A stretch of 64,000 nucleotides of DNA, from NCBI GenBank assembly GCA_041664265.1, contig JBAYLD010000004.1, forward strand, positions 33,470-97,469. Reading direction: 5' to 3'. Within the stretch, counting starts at the first letter, position 1; each line of letters starts with the position of its first letter. Shown here piece by piece: positions 1 to 8,032 of this stretch. Origin of the DNA: Minisyncoccota bacterium (lineage in GTDB: Bacteria > Patescibacteriota > Minisyncoccia > Phycocordibacterales > Phycocordibacteraceae). The notes beneath the pieces are model-generated. The model saw nothing but the letters and a program-made list of their open reading frames with translations, did no database searches and was not told where the DNA came from. The position numbers and the translations under genes were made by a program.

Positions 1-655
1 GAAAGAGTCGAAGCCGATTGTCGATTTTTTCCTCTCGGTATTGGCAGAACAAGAGCGTGATTCGCATCGGCTTATTTCTGCCGCCGAGCGGATCGTCTTG
101 CCGCTTATTGCAGCGATATCGAGCCCGATGGAGCGAGAACATTTCGTCCAAGCTGCTGCCCGTGCGCTCGGTCTCTCGGCCGAAGCGGTTCGAGAATCGC
201 TTCGGCGCTTGCCCGCACCGGCAGAGAAACATGCAGGGCCAGTTGAGAGTAGTACAGGTGTGCGCCACAGAGCCGCGACTGTGTTGCCGGTGCGTTCACC
301 GAGGGAAATTCGGGAGGAGCAGCTCCTTGCCGTTCTCCACTCTTACCCCGACACGTCCCTTGCCAAACGGGCAAAAGCAGGGTATCTTCGAATTACTGGA
401 GCAGAAGTGCTGTCGCCTGATACTCCGCCCGAATCGGCTTTGTTCCAAGCGGAACAAATTTTCGGCGAGGATCCTCACGAGGACGCGGCAGACGAACTCC
501 TTCGCGCCTTTGAAGAAACGGTCATTCGCGAGGCGTATCAGAGCGCAGTTGCGCAGTTGCGCACGGTCGAGACCCAGGGAGATGTTTCTGCGATACAGGA
601 GGCACAGGCGGCGTGCGCAAAGATTTCTGCGCGTCTTGCTGCGTTTGGCCGTTGA
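1..655 (+). CDS. dnaG: DNA primase, C-terminal part (5' end outside window)
   Basis: Frame open from base 2 (KESKPIVDFFLSVL...); helical C-terminal domain directly upstream of rpoD, the classic dnaG-rpoD order. Catalytic motifs are not in the window. Confidence 0.75.
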   Translation, partial: KESKPIVDFFLSVLAEQERDSHRLISAAERIVLPLIAAISSPMEREHFVQAAARALGLSAEAVRESLRRLPAPAEKHAGPVESSTGVRHRAATVLPVRSPREIREEQLLAVLHSYPDTSLAKRAKAGYLRITGAEVLSPDTPPESALFQAEQIFGEDPHEDAADELLRAFEETVIREAYQSAVAQLRTVETQGDVSAIQEAQAACAKISARLAAFGR

Positions 656-682
656 AGCAGTTGTTTCCATTTATTTTTTACC

Positions 683-1915
683 ATGGCGAAACTTATTACA
701 AAAAAGAAAAAGCAGGCTAAAAAAGTCGCGCAGAAGCGGTTGGTAAAACGCGCGCCTGTTAAAAAGAAATCGGTAAAGAAGGTGGTGAAAAAAGTAACCA
801 AGAAGCAGGTTGTTCGCGCGGCCGTGAAGGGCGCGAAGGCGAAGGCGAGTTCGGCCAAGGCTTTTTCAGCAGAAGCGCTCATCGAGAAGGGCAAGGAGCG
901 CGGGTACGTCACCTACAGCGAAATCCTCAAGTCGTTCCCGCATGTTGAAGAGGATGTCAGCTTCCTCGAATCGCTCTATGAACGCCTCGCCACCGCGGGC
1001 GTCGATGTGCTTGAGGGTGGGATGCTTGAGGATGCCGCCGACGAATATCTCGCCACGCGCAACATTAAAGATCGCCATTCAACCGGCTATGATTCTATCC
1101 AGATTTATCTCCGTGAGATCGGGCAGTATCCGCTCCTGACCGCCGCCGAAGAGCGCGAGCTCGCCAAACGCATCGAGAAGGGTGATGCCGAGGCGCGCAA
1201 TATCCTCGCGCGCAGCAACCTGCGCCTCGTCGTGTCTATTGCTAAAAAATACGTTGGTCGCAGCGCGGATTTAACTCTTCTCGACCTCATCCAAGAAGGG
1301 AATCTCGGCCTCTTCCGCGCGGTGGACAAGTTCGATTGGAAGAAAGGGTACAAGTTCTCGACCTATGCGACGTGGTGGATCCGTCAGGCGATCACACGCG
1401 CGCTCGCCGACCAGTCGCGCACGATCCGCATCCCCGTCCACATGGTTGAGACGATCGCCAAGTACAAGCAGGTTTCGCGCCGCCTCTCGCAGATGCTTGG
1501 GCGTGATCCGCATGCAGAAGAGATCGCGGTGGAGATGGGCGTAGAGCCAGAGAAGATCTATCAGATAGAGAAGATAAACCAGGACACGCTCTCCTTGGAG
1601 AATCCCGTCGGCTCAGATGACGACGATCGTTCCACTCTGGGCGACTTTATCCAAGACTTCACCCTCCCGTCGCCGGTGCAGCAATCATCGGAGCGTATCC
1701 TTGGAGAACAGGTGCGGACCATCCTCGACGACCTCTCGCCAAAGGAACGCAAGATTCTCGAGATGCGCCACGGGCTCATGGATGGCATCTATCACACGCT
1801 TGAAGAGGTGGGACGCGAGTTTGGCGTCACGCGCGAACGCATCCGCCAGATTGAAGCGAAAGCACTCGAAAAAATCCGTACGCACGACAAAGCTCGCCAC
1901 CTGAAGTCGTATTAA
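683..1915 (+). CDS. rpoD: Primary RNA polymerase sigma-70 factor with Lys-rich N-terminal extension
   Basis: [62 protein letters not shown]. Confidence 0.97.
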   Translation: MAKLITKKKKQAKKVAQKRLVKRAPVKKKSVKKVVKKVTKKQVVRAAVKGAKAKASSAKAFSAEALIEKGKERGYVTYSEILKSFPHVEEDVSFLESLYERLATAGVDVLEGGMLEDAADEYLATRNIKDRHSTGYDSIQIYLREIGQYPLLTAAEERELAKRIEKGDAEARNILARSNLRLVVSIAKKYVGRSADLTLLDLIQEGNLGLFRAVDKFDWKKGYKFSTYATWWIRQAITRALADQSRTIRIPVHMVETIAKYKQVSRRLSQMLGRDPHAEEIAVEMGVEPEKIYQIEKINQDTLSLENPVGSDDDDRSTLGDFIQDFTLPSPVQQSSERILGEQVRTILDDLSPKERKILEMRHGLMDGIYHTLEEVGREFGVTRERIRQIEAKALEKIRTHDKARHLKSY

Positions 1916-1927
1916 ATAAAATGAAAC

Positions 1928-1949
1928 GAGCCACCCGAAAAGGTGGCTC
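1928..1949. terminator. Hairpin after rpoD, probable terminator
   Basis: GAGCCACC-cgaaaa-GGTGGCTC between convergent genes. Confidence 0.6.
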
Positions 1950-1972
1950 TTCATGTTACCGGTCGACAGGAG

Positions 1973-2364
1973 TCATATCTTCGGGAAGATTAACGCGGAT
2001 CCCCTTACAGGCCCTCTGCCTGCGCATCCTTGCTCCGAGCAATCAATAGGATCGATGAAACACTGAACGGATGCTTTGGGGAATATCTCGTAAACCGCGC
2101 TCGCAAGGTTTGACGCCAGTATGTATTGTACCGAGATGGTGGTACGTTCCGGTGCTCCCGGTTGTTTTGGCAACCTCACTTCGATGATAATTTCTTCCCC
2201 AAGTCCTTTCAACATCATGTCAGCAGGGAAAAGACATACCATTTGACGCTCGTTTTTATACCGAGCTTTTCTGTGTCAACAACCGCCGCAACGATCTTTC
2301 TGTGGAGATCGTTCAACTGAGTTTCAGACATTTTCGGTAAACACCAAACTGTAACGACAATCAT
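1973..2364 (-). pseudogene. Frameshifted small hypothetical gene
   Basis: GGAGGAGG SD before ATG at 2364 (MIVVTVWCLPK...); adding one A in the ATAAAAACG run near 2255 joins it to ORF 1973..2242 (...GIKNERQMVCLFPAD...). Confidence 0.6.
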
Positions 2365-2527
2365 GCTAACCTCCTCCTCTGTATTTTGTCGGCAGATGAT
2401 TCTGCCAAGAACTACCCGTATCTGCCGTTTTTTATACACCACATTCTCCCAATTAGCAACTATCCACAACATGTTGCGACCGCACAGTATTGCGGATACC
2501 AACTCACAGGGCTGGTATACTGCGGAC

Positions 2528-3385
2528 ATGAAGCCGAAGAAGAAAACCGTTGCGAAGAATCAAAGGGTCAAGAACGAGAATAAGTTGCCCATCAGGCACT
2601 GGAGCCATTCGAGCCTGATGGCGTTTTTGAGGAACCCGCTCGCGTGGTACAAGCGGTATGTTGAGGAGATCTATGACACGCCAAGAACTCCAGCATCAAT
2701 CGTCGGGAGTGCCGGACACCTCGCACTTGAGAATTATTATTCGGATGTGGAAAAAGATATTGCGATAGCTATGGGGCTTGAGTATCTTCGCGCGATTGGA
2801 GACTCGGACATAGATTTTGGCAGGGCGAAAACGCGCCGTGCGAAAAAACAGAAAAGAGAGGAGATGGAGCGGGAGTATCTACAGGTGATTAACTTTTATC
2901 TCGCGAAGCCGCCTCGGCACAAGGTGCTCGGGGTGGAGATAAAGGGCGTGGTGAAGGTCGCAGGGTTGCCGCTGCCGATTAAAGCCGTCTCAGACTTGGT
3001 GATCGTCTCAACACTCGATACAGATGCTGTGGATATTGTGGACCACAAGTTCGTTGCGGCCTTTAGTAAGGGCGGGGCGGCGAAGCCGATCTTCGCGATC
3101 CAGGCGATTTTTAATTACTACACCGTCAGCGCACTTTTTAATAAGCCTGTGCGGCGCTTCATCGTATATGAATGCAAGAAAACGAAAAATGCCGATGGCT
3201 CAAAGCAGCTGCGGCGATATGTGCTCGACTTTAGCACCCTGCGGGATGAGTTCGAAGTATTCCATCGGCTCATCAAGGATGCAACGGCAGAGATCGCGCG
3301 CCCGCGCGTCTATCTCCCGAACCCTTCTGACATGTTCGAGGGCGACAACTCGTTTGATATTTACCGGCTCGGGTTGATTGAATAA
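2528..3385 (+). CDS. PD-(D/E)XK nuclease family protein (RecB/AddB-like)
   Basis: WSHSSL, GSAGHLALE, SDLV...IVDHK motifs; TGGTATACT box 6 nt before ATG 2528. Confidence 0.75.
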   Translation: MKPKKKTVAKNQRVKNENKLPIRHWSHSSLMAFLRNPLAWYKRYVEEIYDTPRTPASIVGSAGHLALENYYSDVEKDIAIAMGLEYLRAIGDSDIDFGRAKTRRAKKQKREEMEREYLQVINFYLAKPPRHKVLGVEIKGVVKVAGLPLPIKAVSDLVIVSTLDTDAVDIVDHKFVAAFSKGGAAKPIFAIQAIFNYYTVSALFNKPVRRFIVYECKKTKNADGSKQLRRYVLDFSTLRDEFEVFHRLIKDATAEIARPRVYLPNPSDMFEGDNSFDIYRLGLIE

Positions 3386-3394
3386 GTGCGGAGG

Positions 3395-3435
3395 CCGCAA
3401 GGTGACTCCTTACGGAGTAAGGTGTCACCTTGTGG
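3395..3435. repeat. REP-like family A doublet
   Basis: CCGCAAGGTGACTCCTTAC-gga-GTAAGGTGTCACCTTGTGG; supplies the stop codon of the DsbA-family gene. Confidence 0.85.
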
Positions 3436-4108
3436 ACCTTGCGGCGGAAAGCGCGTCATCAATCAGTTGCTTCACTGCGTCGTAGGGATAGGCGCCGGCC
3501 ATGACCACCGGCGAACGGCCTTGTACAAGGATGAGCGAATAGGGCGTGCCTTCGGCGCCCAGAGCGAACGCGTTCTGGCGATCGGCGGTGATGCGCGCGT
3601 CGATTGTTGAAGACGCACTGGCGAGGCAGATGGCGAACGCATTGTCGGAGATACCGACTGAAGCAGCAATAGTCCCGTAGTTTGAGGGATTGATCGGCTG
3701 AGCGGCGAAGAGCGCCTCAGTAAACCTCCAGAACGCATCATTACCCGCGACCTCTGCGGCGCACTCCGCCGCGCGTGCGTGCGAAAACGCGTTCGGATGG
3801 ATTTCGATAAGCGGGAACTCGCGGTGGACCCAGGCGACCTCGCCCGTGGCGCCCTCGTTTGCGATAATCTGACGGAGCGTTTCGTCGAAGTCTTTGCAGA
3901 ATCCACAATCGAAGTCGGTGTACTCGACGATCATCACCGGAGCCGCGGGGTTCCCGAGAATGTGATCCTGACTACTCACCGGCCGCACCAAGGTTGGGTC
4001 ACCAGTGCCTTGCGGTACCGCAGGTTTTTTTAACGAGAAATACACTGCTCCGGCGACGACGATGCCGCCGAGGATGATCGCGACAGGGATGGCGAATGAA
4101 GATTTCAT
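3425..4108 (-). CDS. DsbA/thioredoxin-fold membrane-anchored oxidoreductase
   Basis: N-terminal TM, GNPAAPVMIVEYTDFDCGFC (CxxC), GTP cis-Pro loop. Confidence 0.9.
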   Translation of the reverse strand: MKSSFAIPVAIILGGIVVAGAVYFSLKKPAVPQGTGDPTLVRPVSSQDHILGNPAAPVMIVEYTDFDCGFCKDFDETLRQIIANEGATGEVAWVHREFPLIEIHPNAFSHARAAECAAEVAGNDAFWRFTEALFAAQPINPSNYGTIAASVGISDNAFAICLASASSTIDARITADRQNAFALGAEGTPYSLILVQGRSPVVMAGAYPYDAVKQLIDDALSAARSTR

Positions 4109-4686
4109 AAGGGGAGTGCGTGCGTCATTGCTGGGACAGCGCGTAGCTCCTGTTCCCAAAGGGAGGTGTCGAGCTTGATGTCGCGGATGTCGCGCAGGTC
4201 TTTATACTTCAACACGCCGTGAGAGAGCGCGTAGTCGTAGAGTTCGCGCGTGAGGCGGACGTCCTCGATGCAGTATGCGCGCACCTCATCCTTTTTCCCT
4301 TCCCGCCACCACTCGCCGGCTTTGAGCCCGTCGCCCGACTTACCCTTGCCCAAGGTCGCTTCAGCGAGCGACTGGAGCCGGATACGGCGCCCGAGAACCT
4401 TCTGCACTTCGCTCAAGAGATCGAGCGAACGGATATGCGAGAGGTTGCCCGGATAGTAGCGATTGAGGAGAGGGATATCGAATGAATCGGAGTTGAAGCC
4501 GATGAGCATGTCGGCGCTTTCTATGATCGGCCAGAGTTTTGAGAGGTCTTCTTTATCATACGAAGTATAGCGATCTGTGTGTGAATCGTGGACGCCGACC
4601 ACAATAAGCTCTTGTTCATTTACGTCGATATGCCCGCGCACGACGGAATGAGAAATTGACTCGATATCAAAAGTGAGCGCGCGCAT
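4105..4686 (-). CDS. RNase H-like (YprB/DEDD-type) exonuclease domain protein
   Basis: TFDIES, GFNSDSFDIP, YCIEDV motifs. Confidence 0.85.
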   Translation of the reverse strand: MRALTFDIESISHSVVRGHIDVNEQELIVVGVHDSHTDRYTSYDKEDLSKLWPIIESADMLIGFNSDSFDIPLLNRYYPGNLSHIRSLDLLSEVQKVLGRRIRLQSLAEATLGKGKSGDGLKAGEWWREGKKDEVRAYCIEDVRLTRELYDYALSHGVLKYKDLRDIRDIKLDTSLWEQELRAVPAMTHALPL

Positions 4687-4690
4687 ACGC

Positions 4691-5962
4691 TCAGCTGCCA
4701 GAACGAAGGCGGGTCGGGATCTCGGATACAGGAAGCCCGGCCTCTTCGCCCGTCTTGAGTATCTTCATGCGGACGGCGTTGTTCGCGATCTCGTCCGCGC
4801 CGTAGGCGATGAAGAACGGGATGTCGCGCTTCACCGCATCTTTTATCTGGTCACCAAGCGCACGGTCGGTCAGGTTGACGAAGACACGGCAGCCCTGCGC
4901 GCGGAGCGTATCGGCAAATGATTGTGCGGCAGGAATATCGCTCGCGCGGGGCGTGCCGAGATAGAGTTGCGGCTTCCCGCTCGTGGTATCGAGAGGGAGT
5001 TTGTGCGTCTCGATGAAGTCGGCGAGCGTGATGTCACCCATGCCGAAACCGACCGCGGGGATCGGGTCTCCACCCCAGAGCGCAACCAGCTTATCAAAAC
5101 GCCCGCCACCAAAAAGCGAACGGGGATTCGTCGGATTCGTGTCGTACACTTCGAATACTATGCCGGTATAGTAGTCAAAACCGCGAGTAATGCTCGGGTC
5201 AAAGACAACATTACTGATGTCGCGTGCTTTGAGCGATTCGATGCAGTCGAGAAGCTTCTTTTTTTCAAGGGCGACTCTCGGATCTTCGCTCGCATTCGCG
5301 ATGAGCTCAAGGGGATCCTTTTTTGGGCCAAGTGCAACGAATGCCGCAGCAAAGGCCGTCGAGGTCATCTTCGCCTTTCTATCAAGAAGATGCAGATAAT
5401 TCTTAGCGCGTTCACCAGTGAGTCCTGCGGCGACACAAGCAGCGTTCAAGAGCGTGCGGGAACTCATGCGGATGACGAAGTCAGTCCCCTTCGCACCGAA
5501 CGACTTCAAGATCTCGGAGGCGAGTCTGACGATCTCGATATCCGCCTCCCCCTCAGGGAGACCGACGAGATCGACGTTCAATTGGTAGTGTTCGCGCGAG
5601 CGCCCCTTCTGCGGCCGCTCATAACGAAAAACGTTCGGGATCGAGAACCAGCGGAGCGGGAAGGTGAGTTCGCGGCGTTTGGCGGCGACCATGCGCGCCA
5701 GGGTTGGCGTCATCTCTGGGCGGAGCGTTACGCGCCGATCGCCGCGGTCCATGAAGGTGTAGGTCTGGTCGCGCACGATCTCTTCAGAAGTCTTTGCTTC
5801 ATAGATCTCGGCGCGCTCGAGCGGGGAAGCGTTGTACTCTTCATAGCCCCACAGCGCCAACGTCTCGCGCATCTGCGCGAAGAGCGCCAACCGCCGCGCC
5901 CAATCTTCGGGATAAAAATCCCGGACGCCTTTGTACGAGTCGGTTGAAAGCGGTTCTGACAT
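4691..5962 (-). CDS. hisS: Histidine--tRNA ligase
   Basis: KGVRDF, LRPEMT, FRYERPQKGRSREHYQ, RGFDYYTG, GGGRFD. Confidence 0.97.
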   Translation of the reverse strand: MSEPLSTDSYKGVRDFYPEDWARRLALFAQMRETLALWGYEEYNASPLERAEIYEAKTSEEIVRDQTYTFMDRGDRRVTLRPEMTPTLARMVAAKRRELTFPLRWFSIPNVFRYERPQKGRSREHYQLNVDLVGLPEGEADIEIVRLASEILKSFGAKGTDFVIRMSSRTLLNAACVAAGLTGERAKNYLHLLDRKAKMTSTAFAAAFVALGPKKDPLELIANASEDPRVALEKKKLLDCIESLKARDISNVVFDPSITRGFDYYTGIVFEVYDTNPTNPRSLFGGGRFDKLVALWGGDPIPAVGFGMGDITLADFIETHKLPLDTTSGKPQLYLGTPRASDIPAAQSFADTLRAQGCRVFVNLTDRALGDQIKDAVKRDIPFFIAYGADEIANNAVRMKILKTGEEAGLPVSEIPTRLRSGS

Positions 5963-5975
5963 ATAGTCGATTGTA

Positions 5976-6659
5976 TCAGATAGGACGGGCGATGATAACG
6001 CGCGGTTGGCCATACTGGTCGGCGCGCAGTTCGGCGGTAAAGTTCTGCGAGGCGAACAACCCTTGCGCTGTTTCCGCATGCTCGCTATCACATTCTAGCC
6101 ACACCACGCCACTCTCCGTAAGGTGACACCTTACGGAAATTGCGATGCGGCGAATGATATCGAGGCCATCGGCACCAGCGTAGAGTGCGAGCGGGGGCTC
6201 ATAATTTGTGACGCTTGCCGGCAAGTCGCGGCCGCACGGGACGTAGGGCGGGTTGGCGGCAATGACATCGAACTTCATCTCAGCGGGAAGCGGATCAAAC
6301 AAATCGCCGATGCACACGTGTGCTCGTGATTCATCCAGATTATTTTCGCGTATGTTTTTTAAAATGGTCGCTTCATGGGCGGGATCAATCTCGCCGAAGT
6401 AGACTTGTGCATTCGGGAACTTCGCGAGAGCAGCACAGCCGATCGCTCCCGATCCGGCACACAAATCAAGAAACTTCATGTGGGACTTCCGATGTCCCAC
6501 ATTTCTCGTCGGAAACGTGTCGCCTTCGCGTAACAACTGCTCCGTCCACCACTCAGTCTCGGGGCGGGGGATAAGCGGGCGAGAATCAAGATAGATCGTG
6601 AGGCCGAGGAACGGCTGATCGCCGATAGTGTAGGCAAGAGGCTGTTCGGTGTCATCCAT
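5976..6659 (-). CDS. prmC: Release factor glutamine methyltransferase (short N-terminus)
   Basis: PLAY..G, LIPRPETE, LDLCAGSG, NPPY, ALYAGADGL. Confidence 0.92.
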   Translation of the reverse strand: MDDTEQPLAYTIGDQPFLGLTIYLDSRPLIPRPETEWWTEQLLREGDTFPTRNVGHRKSHMKFLDLCAGSGAIGCAALAKFPNAQVYFGEIDPAHEATILKNIRENNLDESRAHVCIGDLFDPLPAEMKFDVIAANPPYVPCGRDLPASVTNYEPPLALYAGADGLDIIRRIAISVRCHLTESGVVWLECDSEHAETAQGLFASQNFTAELRADQYGQPRVIIARPI

Positions 6660-6679
6660 ACTAAAGACGTTACCATATA

Positions 6680-6712
6680 AACGAAAAACTCCCCTTAGGG
6701 GGAGTTTTTCGT
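6680..6712. terminator. Intrinsic terminator of the RRM gene
   Basis: ACGAAAAACTCCCC-tta-GGGGAGTTTTTCGT-type stem with A/T tails. Confidence 0.8.
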
Positions 6713-6726
6713 GTTTCGGCAGGGAA

Positions 6727-7086
6727 TTAATATCCGCCGCGACCGTACCCTCCGTTTCCAGAGTATCCGCCGCGATCACCACCACCGAATCCGCCTTCGC
6801 GGCGTGGCGGGCGATCACCCTGCGGGCGAGCGAAGGAGACCGAGAGCGTGCGCCCGTCCATCTCCTTGCCATCCCAACGATCAATCGCCGCTTGTGCCTC
6901 CGCTTCGGTGGCCATCTCGACGAAGCCGAAGCCGCGCGAGCGGCCCGTCATACGATCGCTGATAATGCTCGCGGATACGACATTGCCAGCCTCGCCAAAG
7001 GCCTTTTTCATATCGTCTTCTGTCGAGCGATAAGGGATGCCGCCCACGTAGAGCTTGTTCCCCTGTACTGACTGCTGATTGTCCAT
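6727..7086 (-). CDS. RRM RNA-binding protein with Gly/Arg-rich tail
   Basis: RNP2 KLYVGGI, RNP1 RGFGFVEM, Gly-rich tail. Confidence 0.95.
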   Translation of the reverse strand: MDNQQSVQGNKLYVGGIPYRSTEDDMKKAFGEAGNVVSASIISDRMTGRSRGFGFVEMATEAEAQAAIDRWDGKEMDGRTLSVSFARPQGDRPPRREGGFGGGDRGGYSGNGGYGRGGY

Positions 7087-7242
7087 GTATTGGATGTAAC
7101 TGATTAACCTCGCCGAAACTGAACACTTGCGGCCGCGAACGGCTGCAGCGACTTCGAATACTCTGCGAGTAAGATTCAGTATGCCAGAAATGCCTAAAAA
7201 GCGCAAGGGGGTCTGTGGATAAACAAGCGCCTCTATGAAATA

Positions 7243-7276
7243 CTTAATGAAAGCTTCATGTAGCGCACGGTATCCT
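7243..7276 (+). promoter_or_regulatory. Tandem-heptamer box plus -10 upstream of the response regulator
   Basis: CTTAATG-aaag-CTTCATG, 10 nt, TATCCT; same geometry at 10964, 19788 and 38512. Confidence 0.6.
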
Positions 7277-7325
7277 TGTTTTTAGTTCATTTTTACCGCT
7301 TATCCATTGATCTACATACTTGATT

Positions 7326-8027
7326 ATGAAACTTTTGTTGATAGAAGACGAACCGCAGATTGCGAGTCTGGTGAAGGCAGGGTTAGAGAGAGAGGGGTAT
7401 GCCGTCGATTGGGTGGCAGATGGCTTGAACGGAGAAAAGCGCATAGAGCTGTATCACGGCGAATACGATCTCGTTCTGCTCGATCTCATGCTCCCGGGCA
7501 AGAACGGGATTGAGATCTGCAAAAGCGTACGGGCGAAGGGCATCTCCATCCCTATTTTGATCCTGACTGCCAAGAGCTATATCGACGATAAGGTTTCTGC
7601 CCTCGAGGGAGGAGCGGATGATTATCTGACGAAGCCCTTTGACTTCAAAGAGCTGCTCTCAAGAATCAAGGCGCTCTTGCGCAGGCCGAAGGGAAAGGTG
7701 GATCTCGAACTTCGCTGCGATACCATCGTCTTGAACCCCGGTTCGCGTAAGGTGACCCTGGATGGAAAAGAGGTGAAATTCACGCTTAAAGAATTCGGCA
7801 TTCTTGAATATCTCATGCGCCACCCCAACAAGGTGGTCACACGAGACGATATCCTATTTAATGTATGGGACTTCCATTTCGATTCTTTCAGCAATGTTGT
7901 CGACGTGCACATCAATCACCTGCGGAAGAAAATAAATAAAGGGAAAAATAAGAATTATCTCGAAACCATACGCGGCGTGGGATACCGGATCAACGCGACA
8001 GACGAAGAAAACCTGATCCACGCATAA
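7326..8027 (+). CDS. OmpR/PhoB-family response regulator
   Basis: LLIEDE, LLDLMLP, GADDYLTKPF, winged helix VVDVHI..LRKK, TIRGVGY. Confidence 0.95.
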   Translation: MKLLLIEDEPQIASLVKAGLEREGYAVDWVADGLNGEKRIELYHGEYDLVLLDLMLPGKNGIEICKSVRAKGISIPILILTAKSYIDDKVSALEGGADDYLTKPFDFKELLSRIKALLRRPKGKVDLELRCDTIVLNPGSRKVTLDGKEVKFTLKEFGILEYLMRHPNKVVTRDDILFNVWDFHFDSFSNVVDVHINHLRKKINKGKNKNYLETIRGVGYRINATDEENLIHA

Positions 8028-8032
8028 AGGGG

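Noticed and set aside
683-870. Separate histone-like gene or misassembly at the rpoD N-terminus
   Set aside because: Continuous frame; Lys/Ala-rich extensions on primary sigma factors are known.
2528-3385. Cas4
   Set aside because: PD-(D/E)XK fold but lacks the four Fe-S cysteines and any CRISPR context.
4922-5947. Long antisense ORFs (also 54286-55284, 12324-13187, 14130-14960)
   Set aside because: Shadow frames of GC-rich genuine genes on the opposite strand; no recognisable motifs.
7214-7222. Replication origin from DnaA box TGTGGATAA (near matches at about 2460 and 59401)
   Set aside because: Isolated boxes, no cluster, DUE or dnaA/dnaN nearby.
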